This document shows positions 9,628 to 20,780 of a stretch of DNA of 29,619 nucleotides, one piece after another. Source of the DNA: Octopus bimaculoides. Lineage: Eukaryota. The number at the start of each line of letters is the position of its first letter. Position 1 is the stretch's first letter. The stretch spans positions 31,168,541 to 31,198,159 of the forward strand of contig NC_068984.1 in NCBI RefSeq assembly GCF_001194135.2. Direction: 5' to 3'. The position numbers and the translations under genes were made by a program. Below the pieces are notes generated by a model. The model did not search any database. It saw only the letters and a program-made list of their open reading frames with translations, and was not told where the DNA came from.

Positions 9628-11462
9628 TTCTTTATTGGCCACTAGGGCCGAACACAAAATATAAACGATGATACACAGATGAGGGACAGCAAAAAGCAAA
9701 CAGCAAACAAAACACAATTAACAAGGAAGTTATGCCAACAATGTACTTCCCCAATAGTGGGGAGTACCATTGAGAGGTGACCAAAGGAATCTCACACACT
9801 TTGGACCCCCTAATACCAAAGGCACCTCAGGTAGGCAGTCTTCTCCTCCTCATTCCATCCAGCCTACATGTGCCACATTCACCCACCTTTCAACAAACTT
9901 ATTGGAAGGCAGCACCTCCCTTTCTAGCTTCATTTTCCTTTTCAGGTGGAACCTGAAAAAGTAAATGTGGCCTTGGCAGAAGAGGAAGGTACCTGTCTTC
10001 AACCCTTTCAATCTCGTCTACAACACAACCTCTTTCGCCATAGCCACCAGACAGAGGAAAACTGCCTGTCCTTCCCAGCCAAAGGAAGGAGGTGGAGCGA
10101 TTTTCACGATGGACTCAGACAATAGCCAGATCCAACCTACACGTAAGTATAACTGTTTGACAAAGCTTCACAAGTCAGCAACGTGTGGACGCAGTACAAG
10201 AGCATGCAGAATGGTTTCATTGCTCTGCGTGCATCTCAGACAAGCCTGTGTGACTGCACACCCAAGCCTGTAGAGCTTATCACAACCTGGCAGAACCCCT
10301 TGGTAGCACTGCCAGGCCAAGGATTTCTGGAAGTTATCCATAGGCCCTGGCCCAAAAGTTTTCCAGAAGAGACCAGCCAGTTGATCCCTCCCAATGCTCA
10401 GAACCCTCCGAGAATGTTTTTACTCTTGCCCTCACTAATCCCCTATAGAAATCCAAGGTGGAATTTCCACCGACTGCGTTACCCGAATAGCCACGGGCTG
10501 TGAGCACTTGGAGATACTCTACGTATCAAGCGCCCTGTCTTGCTCTACCCTTGATCCAAGACTGTTGTCAAGGAGATGAGCTGCAGAAAAGTGCATCCAA
10601 TAAACAGCGACCACACATGCTTACTGTTAAGGTATCGCTGGAGATGTCACAGCTACAGCACATGTCTGCACATCATCAGCCACAGTATGCCCAGTCCTCC
10701 ACGTAACAGTCCTCCTCTGCCCAACCTTTCAGGGACAGCTTCCTCTCGGCCCATTTCTGGGTGAGACTAGCTACCCTGTCTGTCATCTAACCCCAGTTCT
10801 TGCACACTTGGAGGTTTGGAGTGAACCAGACCCCAAGTAACTTAACGGGCTCTTCTGTCCAGCACCCCACAATGCTGTCGGTCAGCAAGGACCTGCCTCT
10901 TCAGGTCCCAAGCTGCAGGCCCACTGATTTCTCCTGGTTCATTGTATTCCCTAAGATTTCTTGATTTCTGAGATGCCTGAAACTATCATGGTGACGTCGT
11001 CTGCATACACTGACACGAACTTTCCGCATTCTAGTTCATGCAGGATACTCCTCAAAACATCCAGCTTCCGCAGTAATGGCTCTAGTGCCAGTATTAGAGA
11101 AGGGGTAAGAGTGGGCATCCTTGACAGACCAAACATGTGATGCTAGACGATTTCGACAGATGGCCAGTTACTTTGACCATTGAACAGATGTCGCTGTACA
11201 TTGCAGCGATCCAGCCTCTGAAAACAGGACCGAAACCAGCTGCCTTAAGGACAGGCTCTAAATATTGATGGTCGAACCTAACAAAAGCTTTCGATTGATC
11301 CAAATTCATCAGGGCCCTACCCATACCAGGTTCTTTACCAACCCTTTCTATGATGTATCTCGTGAGGAGGATGTTGTGGGTAGTTCTGTTGGGATTAGTG
11401 CAAGTCTGTGCATCACCCACCAGTCTATCAACGAAAAGCGCCAACCTCTTTGCTAACACCAC
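9571..11462 (-). mobile_element. 5'-truncated L1/Tx1-clade LINE (RT domain, zinc knuckle, 3' UTR, (ATT)19 tail)
   Basis: VLAKRL...QTC; LDQSKAF.R.DHQYL..VL.A.GFGP.F..WI..MY; QGCPL.PLL; LALEPLLRKL; YADDVT; KLLGVWF; RKLSLKG; CLRCTQSNETILHAL. AATAAA (plus-strand tttatt 9631-9636) precedes the tail at 9571-9627. Confidence 0.9.
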
Positions 11463-11555
11463 GACGACGATGACGACGTCGACGACGATGATGATAGTTT
11501 CAAGTGTTGGTACTAGGCTAGCAAATTAAGTTGGGTGGGGTGGGTTTGTTTTTAG

Positions 11556-11650
11556 TTATGTCAACCAAAGTACTGACCAGTACATTATTATATTGGCCCA
11601 GTAAAGATGAAAGGCAAAGCTGACATTAGGTGTATTAGAACTCAGAACAT
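11556..11650 (-). mobile_element. Degenerate SINE core fragment
   Basis: gatgaaaggcaaagctgac...tagaactcagaac is the reverse complement of the core and B-box of the SINE at 1943-2106. Confidence 0.6.
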
Positions 11651-12635
11651 GGATTTCAGATCAAAACTAGAAATCTTTTAAATAATTTCCTTTCAAACAT
11701 TCATAATCATTAATTTAATTGACAAGATTACAGTTGTAATATAAATTTTATGACTATGATTTTCAAAAAAAATAAATAAATAATCAAAGGAAATAATTGT
11801 TATTTAAAAAGACTCCATCAAACACGTAACCAAATGTATTACCAAATATAAATGGTAAGAAGTTAACCCAATACAGAAAAATGCATCACCAATATATTAT
11901 GCATAAAATTAAAGCGCATATATTTATGTTTCATTAAAAAAATATGATGATTATCCAATGCTTTACCACTTGTCTTTCTTTTGTTTATCATTATTTACTA
12001 ATGTACACAAGCAGTAGAATATAACAATTTCATTATTATGTTTATGTTTTTCCGTTTTTGCTTGTAATATTTCAAAATTTGATATATCTTTGATTTTATT
12101 CTTACTTCCAGCATTTTTCTGTATTATTTTTCCTGCATGAATGACACAAAATGTCAAAGAAAACCAAAGATTAATAGCACAGAACTTTATACGTCTATCC
12201 TTTCAATTTGAAGTATGATTAATTCATGATATAAAATCATATTTATATGCTTAAAACATATTTAAATTTGCTATATTTGGCTCTTCTGAGGATTTCTACA
12301 AAGTTTTATCCTTCAATTTACTTTCATTAAAAACAAAAATTTGCTTTTCAAAGAATTCTTCAAAAAGTGGTTTTTGAAAATGAACTTAGTAGGCTGATGT
12401 CCATATTTGTAGTAGTGTCCTACTTATCCTAGAGGTGAAGAATTTTTTGTAACAAAGCATATTAACATGTCTAAACATAAAATATATAAGTATATATCAA
12501 CAAACTGTACCTATCCATGTGATAGATGTAATAACATAGTCATTGACAGGAATAGATCAAAGAGATAATATCTCTCATACTAGATTAGATTATTGCATTA
12601 ATAGTTTTTGATCATCCTCAATATCATTGTTTTTT

Positions 12636-13265
12636 TGTGGTGAGAATGGATGAGGATAGCTGCCTGAAAAAGCTGGTATGGACATGTGGTGAGAATGGAT
12701 GAGGATAGCTGCCTGAAAAAGTGCCACACCCTAACAGTTGAGGGAACCCAAGGAAGAGGTAGGCCCAGGAAGACCTGGGCTGAGGTAGTGAGGCAAGACC
12801 TTCGTACATTGGGCCTCACCGAGGTGATGACTACTGACCGAGACCTTTGGAAGTGTGCTGTGCGTGAGAAGACCGGGCAAGCCAAGTAAGATCGTTGCCA
12901 GTGCCCCTGGACTGGCTCTTGTGCGGGTGGCACATGAGATGCACCATTTTGAGCGTGGCCGTTGCCNNNNNNNNNNTGCCAGTGCCCCTGGACTGGCTTG
13001 TGCGGGTGGCACATAAAAGACACCATTTCGAGCGTGGCCGTTGCCAGTATCGCCTGACTGGCCTTCGTGCAGGTGACACGTAAAAGCACCTACTACACTC
13101 TCTGAGTGGTTGGCATTAGGAAGGGCATCCAGCTGTAGAAACTCTGCCAAATTTAGATTGGAGCCTGGTGTTGCCATCCGGTTTCACCAGTCCTCAGTCA
13201 AATCGTCCAACCCATGCTAGCATGGAAAGCGGACGTTAAACGATGATGATGATGATGATGATGAT
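12636..13265 (+). mobile_element. Young RTE LINE 3' fragment (ORF2 C-terminus, tandem-repeat 3' UTR, (GAT)n tail)
   Basis: WYGHVVRMDEDSCLKKCHTLTVEGTQGRGRPRKTWAEVVRQDL...DRDLWKCAVREKTGQAK* (RTE GRGRPRKTW motif), then ~67-bp repeats and the terminal CCATGCTAGCATGG palindrome. Confidence 0.93.
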
Positions 13266-14231
13266 TCCCATCATTGTCATTGTCATCACCATTATCGTCA
13301 TCGCTAAAATTGTCACAGCCATTATTTTTGTTGTCCTTGTCATCAGTGTCATCATCATCATTATTTTAATTTCACTTTTCAATGCTGCTGAAGGTTGAAT
13401 AGGGTTTACAGTGTCTCGAAATTTACCATCATCTTTCATCATCTTTTACACTTAGCAACAGAGAAAACTACCATTCTCTATCTTTTTTATACCATTTTTG
13501 TAAGAGAAGTATCATAGTTTTTCACTTGAAACCATTTCTATTCCCAATCACTTTCTAGTATGAATCAGTTGCATCCTATCACCACTATCACTAGAAGGCC
13601 TTCACTAGGAATAAAGTAGATGCTCAACCTTGTATCATGGTTTTCTTAAGATATACTGTTCTCCTAGGTTGTCTTCCCTGCAGCTAACCTATTCCATGTA
13701 CCATCTGTTCATTTCTTCCTCTTTTCTTTTTATGATATATTATTGACAGCTGGATGGTCTTATGAGGACTTTTGCTTTAAGCATGTCTGCAGAAGTATTA
13801 AAGTGATACCTTTATTCTGCAACAAGTTTTATTAAGATACCTTGTCCTTGTAGATGGGTTGCCTTCACTGTGATTTGCATTCATTTATTCATTTATTTCC
13901 AGAGCAATTTTGTTACAATTAGATTTCCTACTTACAAACAACCATTTTTAAACATGAACTGGGTGCATTTCACCATAACAAATTTTTAGGAGCACTACAG
14001 TTTAGTACTGAATGTGATGAGAAGTTATACCATTGACTCGCAGATAGAGTAAAACACAGCAATCAACATCCCGTTTCATGATAAGTATGTACAGACATTA
14101 TGAATACAGAATAAAGTTAGACATAGGTAAGGAACTGGAAATATTTGGTTAATTAGCCAACAATGTAATGACTATAAAGACTTCAACAATAACAATACTT
14201 TATTTTTTAGTTGCAATATTATTATCAGTTG

Positions 14232-14281
14232 GAATATGCTTGATGCACTTATTGCTCACTGAATATGCTTGATGCACTTAT
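14232..14281. repeat. Short direct duplication (21-nt gaatatgcttgatgcacttat, period 29)
   Basis: Copies at 14232-14252 and 14261-14281. Confidence 0.9.
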
Positions 14282-14995
14282 CATTGCTTAGAGCTCTCGC
14301 TCCATAATTTATTTTTTGGGAACAAAAATAATTTCATCTACACTGTATAGGAGTCAATGAAGGACACAAAATGCTGAAAATGAGGAAAGAATTATTAACT
14401 TTTGGAATGAAATGTTATTATAGAAAGAAGGTTTGCATTGAAAAGAATACTGAATGAATGAGAGTGCTAAGAAAATAATTGTTGGGAATATTACAAACCA
14501 TAAAATTCTGTGAATTGTAAAAAGATGGAAATTTCAAGACAGTAAAAATCAGCAAAGACAATAAAAACGCCACTGAATAAGGTATAAGAAGACCATGAAG
14601 CTGGTTAGTTGAGCATCATAAAAAAAAGGACTGACATGAAAATGGTAAAAAAATACAAAAACTCAAGATTTGCTTGATGACTGGAAATAAGAGAATAAGG
14701 AGGTTACAAGCCATACAGTACACCTAAGGCCAGGATTTTGATTAACTGGTGATGAATCAATCAACAGCAACTGGTTCAAAATATATAAATCTAATTGGGT
14801 TTCAAGCAGCAGTTTTGTGCATCTTCTGATAGAATCATTATCTTGCTATTGTTAAAGCCTCAGGCTAAACTATGACCAAGCATGCCTATAATCAACCACA
14901 TTCTTATATGTGACTATCATTACTTTTGGAGATATGTAGATCTACTTTAGGTTATGCAACTATTCTATTCTTTAGATCTTAGCGTGTAGTTCAAT

Positions 14996-15126
14996 GTGGA
15001 AGTGCAATGGCCCAGTGGTTTGGGCAGCGGAATCATGGTCATAGGATCACAGTTTCAATTCCCAGACCAGGAGCTGTGAGTATTCATTGAGTGAAAACAC
15101 TTAAATCTCCACGAGGCTCCAGCAGG
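14996..15126 (+). mobile_element. tRNA-derived SINE 5' head (same family as 7844-8095)
   Basis: gtggaagtgcaatggcccagtggtttggg (A-box) ... cagtttcaattcc (B-box). Confidence 0.7.
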
Positions 15127-15229
15127 CAAAGTCGACCTTGACAGAATTTGAACTCAGGACATAAAGGCAGATGGAATACCACTAAGCATTTTACCCGGCA
15201 TGCTAACGCTTCTGCCAGCTTGCCACCTT
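15125..15229 (-). mobile_element. tRNA-derived SINE 5' head (family of 1943-2106)
   Basis: The reverse complement reads ggtggcaagctggcagaagcgttagcatgccggg...ctgagttcaaattctgtcaaggtcgactttgcc. Confidence 0.72.
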
Positions 15230-15438
15230 GATATGATGGACATTGCTTGCATGATGGTGATATTCATTTACAACTGTTAAATGAAGCCAAGGAAATAGTC
15301 ACACACACACACACACACACAGATATATATACAATAATCCTTTGCCATATCGTGATTCACCTATTGCAGTTTATTATTTAAGCTTACGTTGAGTTCTCCA
15401 TGGTACTGTTTTGCATTTGTGATAAAATAAATATACAC

Positions 15439-15838
15439 TTTTACTCTTTTACTTGTTTCAGTCATTTGACTGTGGCCATGCTGCAGCACCGCCTTTAGTC
15501 GAGCACATCGACCCCAGGACGTATTCTTTGTAACCCTAGTACTTATTCTATCGGTCTCTTTGGCCAAACCGCTAAGATACAGGGACGTAAACACACCAGC
15601 ATCAGTTGTCAAGTGATGTTAGGGGGACAAACACAGACACACACACATACATGCATATACATATATACGGTGGGCTTCTTTTCAGTTTCCATCTACCAAA
15701 TCCACTCACAAGGCTTTGGTTGGCCCGAGGCTATAGTAGAAGGCACTTGCCCAAGGTGCCACATAGTGGGACTGAACCCGGAACCATGTGGTTCATAAGC
15801 AAGCTACTTACCATAACCACACAGCCACTCCTACACCT
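15439..15838 (-). mobile_element. Near full-length tRNA-derived SINE (~400 bp) with internal (CA/TA)n
   Basis: Minus-strand head with A-box-like gtggctgtgtgg and B-box GGTTCAGTCCC; body gcaagtgccttctactatagcctcgggcc...gtgagtggatttggtagatggaaactgaaaagaagccc; tail gactgaaacaagtaaaagagtaaaa. Partial copies at 750, 15994, 20650 and 23691. Confidence 0.9.
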
Positions 15839-15993
15839 AAATATATAAATTATAAAAATAATAAAAAAAATATGCAGCACAGTACTGTTTCTATTTCATG
15901 AATTTTCATCTATTGTGGGGAGTTTTGGAACGTAACATAACACCCACGATAGTTGAAGGATTACTGTATATACACACACATGAACATATATAG

Positions 15994-16158
15994 GACAAGT
16001 TTCTTTCAATTTCCATGTACTAAATCAATTCACCTCACAAGACTTTGTTCAGCCTGAAGCTATTGTCAAAAACACAGGATCATGGTACAGTGAAATGGAA
16101 CTGAACTGAAAACCATGTGGTTTGGAATCAAACTTCTTATCATACAGTCACACCTGCA
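15994..16158 (-). mobile_element. Degenerate SINE head fragment
   Basis: Aligns by eye with 15670-15838. Confidence 0.6.
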
Positions 16159-16389
16159 TGAAATAAATGTAATTATGCCATAAGGTAGCAAAGCAGAAAT
16201 ATACACTCAACAACAGTAAAAATACATTGGAAAAGAAGAGTACTGCATCATTAAACAGTCACTGTTGAGGTGTTGTATACTTGTTCCTTTGTATAGTAAT
16301 TTCCTGAATTGCAGACTTGTTCAACCTGTGTCAACATAGACAAATGAATATTAAGATGATGATTACAATTATTAATTAGTTTAGCAGTC

Positions 16390-16391
<2 letters not shown>

Positions 16392-16434
<43 letters not shown>

Positions 16435-16534
16435 NNNNNNNNNNCACACACACACACCCACACACACACACACACACACACACATGCACACACATATATA
16501 CATACATACATGCATACATATATATATATACATA
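16392..16534. repeat. (CA)n/(TA)n compound microsatellite with 10-N gap (16435-16444)
   Basis: Seen directly. Confidence 0.95.
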
Positions 16535-18012
16535 CAATGAGTACAGTGAAGACTTCCGGATAGAGGTAGGGGTCTACCAAGGTTCAGTCCTCAGCCCCCT
16601 CCTATTTATCATTGTGCTCCAGGCAATAACAGAGGAATTCAAGATAGGATGCCACTGGGAGTTCCTCTATGATGATGACCTTGCTCTAATTACTGAGTCA
16701 CTATCAGAGGAGAAGTTTCAGGTGTGGAAGCAAGGATTAGAATCGAAGGACCTTAGAGTCAACCAAGCTAAAACCAAAGTCCTAATAAGTAGGAAGGCAG
16801 ACAAACCACAAATCCCTTCTGGTAGATGGTCTTGCTCAATCTGTAGAAAAGGCATAGGTAGAAACTCTGTAAGATGTACCCAGTATAAGCAATGGACACA
16901 TAAGAGGTGCAGCAATATCAAAGCAGGCTAACTGGGAAGATAGTTTTTGTATGTGGAAGATGCTCAGGAGCAATAAACACTGAAAATGTGCAGAGAACAA
17001 CTTCTGCCATGTTCCAGGGAGAAAAACTAGAAGTAGTTGATTGCTTCTGTTACCTATGTGACCAGGTTAGTAGCGGGGGGGTGGTTGCTCTGAAAGTGTA
17101 GCTGCTAGAATAAGAATAGCCTGGGCAAATTTCTGAGAGCTCCTACCTCTGCTGGTGACAAAGGGCTTCTCGCTCAAAGTAAAAGGTAGACTGTATGATG
17201 CATGTGCGCAAACAGCTATGCTACATGGCAGTGAAACATGGGCCGTGACTGTTGAGGACATACGTAAGCTTGCAAGGAACGAAGCCAGTATGCTCTGCTG
17301 GATATGTAATGTCAGTGTGCATACTCGACAGATTGTAAGTGCCTTGAGAGAAAAGTTGAACCTAAGAAGCATCAGATGAGGTGTACAAGAGAGACGACTG
17401 CACTGGTATAGTCATGTGGTAAGAATGGATGAGGATAGTTGTGTGAAAAGTGTCACACCTTAGTGGTTGAGGGAACCTGTGGAAGAGGTAGACCCAGGAA
17501 GACCTGGGATGAGGTGGTGAAGCAAGACCTTCAAATATTGGGCCTCACCGAGGCAATGACTAGTGACCGAGACCTTTGGAAATATGCTGTGCTTGCGAAG
17601 ACCCGGCAAGCCAAGTGAGACATTATTAACCCATGGCCTATGCCACTTATGTGTACCTTTCATTCATTGGACACTAAACGCTGCTTGTGAAGACCTGTTG
17701 AGGCAAGTGAAATCGAAATCAAATTCGATGACAGCGTCGCATGACTGGCATCCGTGCTAGTGGTGCACTAAGAACACCATCCGAGTGTGATTGTTGCCAG
17801 GGTCACTGACTGGCTCCCATACCTGTGGCATGTAAAAGCACCCACTATACTCTGGAGTGGTTGGTGTTAGGAAGGGCATCCAGCTGTAGAAAACCCTGCC
17901 AGATCAGACTGGAGCCTGGTGCAGCCATCTGGCTCGCCACTTCTCAGTCAAACCGTCCAATCCATGCCAGCATGGAAAGCAGACGTTAAACGATGATGAT
18001 GATGATGATGAT
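16535..18012 (+). mobile_element. 5'-truncated RTE LINE (~1.5 kb): RT C-terminal half, PHD-like finger, C-terminus, 3' UTR, (GAT)n tail
   Basis: GVYQGSVLSPLLFIIVL; LYDDDL (YADD mutated); RVNQAKTKV; WSCSIC...C..Y....HKRC...CGRC; LEVVDCFCYL; RIRIAWANF; GSETWA; WYSHV; GRPRKTW. Several frameshifts and stops. Confidence 0.95.
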
Positions 18013-18014
18013 TA

Positions 18015-18150
18015 CAGAAGACTTGATGAAGGAGATAGCAGATAACAAATTTGGATGTATATAGACAATATCATATATCATAAAATTTCTCTCATTTTGT
18101 GTAAGTATATCCGAATTTATTATCTGCTATCTCTTTTATTAAGTTTTCTG
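18015..18150. mobile_element. Probable decayed Tc1/mariner-type MITE or structured-RNA hairpin (long inverted repeat)
   Basis: TA-CAG...CTG-TA ends. Arms 18011-18066 and 18099-18154 match at 46/56 positions around a 32-nt spacer. Confidence 0.6.
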
Positions 18151-19029
18151 TAATAATAATAACTATTGTTGTATGCTTCTTGGACTGAAGTGATATATAA
18201 TTAATTTAAATTAATCAAATTAATTTTAATTATTCTACCATGTTATTTGCATGTTAATATCGCTGTTTGAAACGATCGGATGCATGTACTAAAATTCTTT
18301 CAAATTTTAACTTCTTCTCTTCTCCAGTTTTAACATATTTGTTGAGTTTCTATGGGATACTTTTCCATTAATTCTCATAACACACCATATACATGTAATA
18401 ATTTCATATTTTCATACAAATCTTACACCAGTTATCTACCAGCTAAATATGAAGAATCTTTGCTAGAAATTGCCCTTTGGATCCTTCCAAAGTAAAGGAT
18501 GAAATATAATTCAACTTTTTCACACACACACACACATATATATTTGTGTATAAGGCTACCATTGGTTTTATGTAAAATAAAATATCTTTATATCTTAAAA
18601 TTTTTTGAAGCTGATCACATGAAGAAATTGGTGTTTATCTCCAATAATAAATAAAATATTATGTCATTCAATCTATTCCATATTGTCCAGTTACTAAAAT
18701 TAGTCTGTTATTACCTATCAAATAACATTTCTCTCATTTTGTGTAAGCAGTAACATGGTTCCATTGCCAAATAGGTCAAATCAATGAGAGCTGTCAGAAG
18801 AGCCTTGAAAGCAGTTCCTCAATCGGCTAGAAATAGCAATTAGATTTACCTCAATTCAAACTTAGTGAGCTTAAGAAAAGAAGGGTTATATTGAATAATT
18901 TTTAAAGAAAAAACGGGTTCACAGTCAAAACCAGACTTAGAGATAAGCAACAAAAACATTTGAAGTATGAATCCTGTATAACCAATCAATGTAATATAAA
19001 AGTATTTGCTTTAAATAAACAAAGGACAA

Positions 19030-19046
19030 CTGCTGCTGCTGTTGCA

Positions 19047-19078
<32 letters not shown>

Positions 19079-19090
19079 CACCACTACCAT
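19030..19090. repeat. (GCT)/(ACT)n/(ACC)n compound trinucleotide repeat
   Basis: Seen directly. Confidence 0.9.
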
Positions 19091-20261
19091 CACTGTTAGA
19101 GGGAGATTGACTCTTTTGTTAAAACATCAATTCAATTCTGTATATTGAATAAAATATATATTAAATTGAATAAATTAATTCCTACTGATTCACTGTATTT
19201 AACTAAGCAAAGACGTTTCTCTGAATATTTAATTTACATTGTTTATCATTTTTCTCAAACATTAACAAGTTGTTAGATTGCATATTGAATTTATAAATGC
19301 AATTTTAGCTAAGTTGACACTTGTTTCAGAAATCTGTGAAATATATAGTCCCGATACAAAACAGCAATGAATAAATAAATAAATACAAAACATTTATAGA
19401 TAAATGTTTAAAAATACAAATATTATATCTAAAATGAATATATAAACACTTTTAAAAATAGTATCACATAAATGAATGAATAAATAAATAAATAGATAAA
19501 TAAATAAGTAAATGAATAAATGGTATCTGGAAGGAATCAAATTATGGAGAATATCAGTATTGTTTTATTTCATTTCCAGCTCAGAAAATTTCACTTATAA
19601 ATTATGAAGCAAAAATAATTCTATTTTCTGCAAATGTTTTATTCAATTCTGTTTTCTAACAAGCATTCAGTAAAATTTTAAGCAAAATGAGAAATGATCT
19701 TAAGAACTGGAATGAAATTAATTTAATCTTTAATTAAAACTGATAACGTAAAACTTGAAACCTGATTTTTATTTTAGTCTCTCTTCAGTAATTAAATTCA
19801 GTTAAATAGAATTATCAATATGCTTCTTGGATTAGCTTACAAAGGGAAAGCCCTCAAGGCTATGATAAAAGAGAATGTATATCAATAAAATGAGTCTTTT
19901 AACTGCAAGTGTCAAGCTGTGAATTCAATTGTTTTTCTTGAGGTCGAAGTAGAATATGGGAAGTTGATAATTAAGTTTTTTCCATTTTTGTATGTGTGTG
20001 GTAAATGAGCATACATGTATCTAATAAAGGAATAAAGGAAGAAAAATAGATTGAAATATGAATATGCAATATTGGAAGATGTAGTTGCCATTTTGATTGT
20101 AATTATCATTACCAATAACAACCAAATATGCAATGGAGATTGTTACATTTCTTTTAAGTATTTTAAAATTAAACAAAATTTTATGGTGCAAAAATTGAAA
20201 TCAACTTGTAAAATTGGTAGCAACTTTCATTGGACCCAAACAAATATGAAATAATAAAGAA

Positions 20262-20617
20262 ATGACCAAGGAAGCCATTCAGACGCTTGGCTGGAAAGTG
20301 CTGCCATGCCCACCGTACTCTCCTGATTTGGCACCAACGGATTTCCACCTATTTTGATCTCTTTCAAATACTGTGCACAGAGTTTCATTCAATACTAATG
20401 CAGAATTGAGAGCTTGGTTGGATCAATTTTTCGAGTCGAAATCAGGTGATTTCTACCAATGAGGTATTGAAAATCTTGTTGAACATTGGGAAGAAGTTTT
20501 TAAGCAACAAGGGGGAATACATTATTGATTAATTAGTTGTTATCTTTTATTAAACATTTTAAAACATTTTAATTTAAAAAAAAAAAAAACGGCAGTAACT
20601 TAGTTGCCAACCCAATA
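20262..20617 (+). mobile_element. mariner transposon 3' fragment (transposase C-terminus pseudogene plus right TIR)
   Basis: LGWKVLPCPPYSPDLAPTDFHLF*SL...FFESKSGDFYQ*GIENLVEHWEEV/NKGEYIID* (YSPDLAP motif). TIR-like cggcagtaacttagttgccaacccaata followed by TA; no left TIR found in the window. Confidence 0.9.
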
Positions 20618-20649
20618 TATATACACTGACAGGGGAGATAACCACGTTG

Positions 20650-20780
20650 CAACTTTGGCAAATATCTTCTACTATAGTTTTGGGCCAACCAAAGCCTGTG
20701 AGTGGATTTGGTAGACGGTAACTGAAAGAAGCCTATCATATATTTAGATGTATATATTTGTGCATGTGTGTGTGTGTGTG
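20650..20780 (+). mobile_element. SINE body fragment
   Basis: gcaaatatcttctactatag..gggccaaccaaagcctgtgagtggatttggtagacggtaactgaaagaagcc; same family as 15439-15838. Confidence 0.7.

Noticed and set aside
5609-12132. Minus-strand exon chain 12132-12106, 6713-6643, 5724-5609 with compatible phases (KNNTEKCWK-EDSEVLKESGPVF...-IFTFITIIIVITAV)
   Set aside because: Short open frames with GT-AG ends arise often by chance in AT-rich DNA. The hydrophobic part comes from antisense GAT-rich sequence, one donor lies in a LINE remnant, and there is no homology. Not excluded, but unsupported.
14996-15070. tRNA gene
   Set aside because: A and B boxes are present but there is no cloverleaf, and it continues into SINE body sequence. 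The same applies to the heads near 8095, 15229 and 15838.
20021-20150. Minus-strand terminal exon with hydrophobic end (NVTISIAY...NGNYIFQYCIFIFQSIFLPLFLY*)
   Set aside because: Weak acceptor (ttaaaAG), no phase-compatible upstream exon found, and F/I/L/Y richness is expected from AT-rich random DNA.
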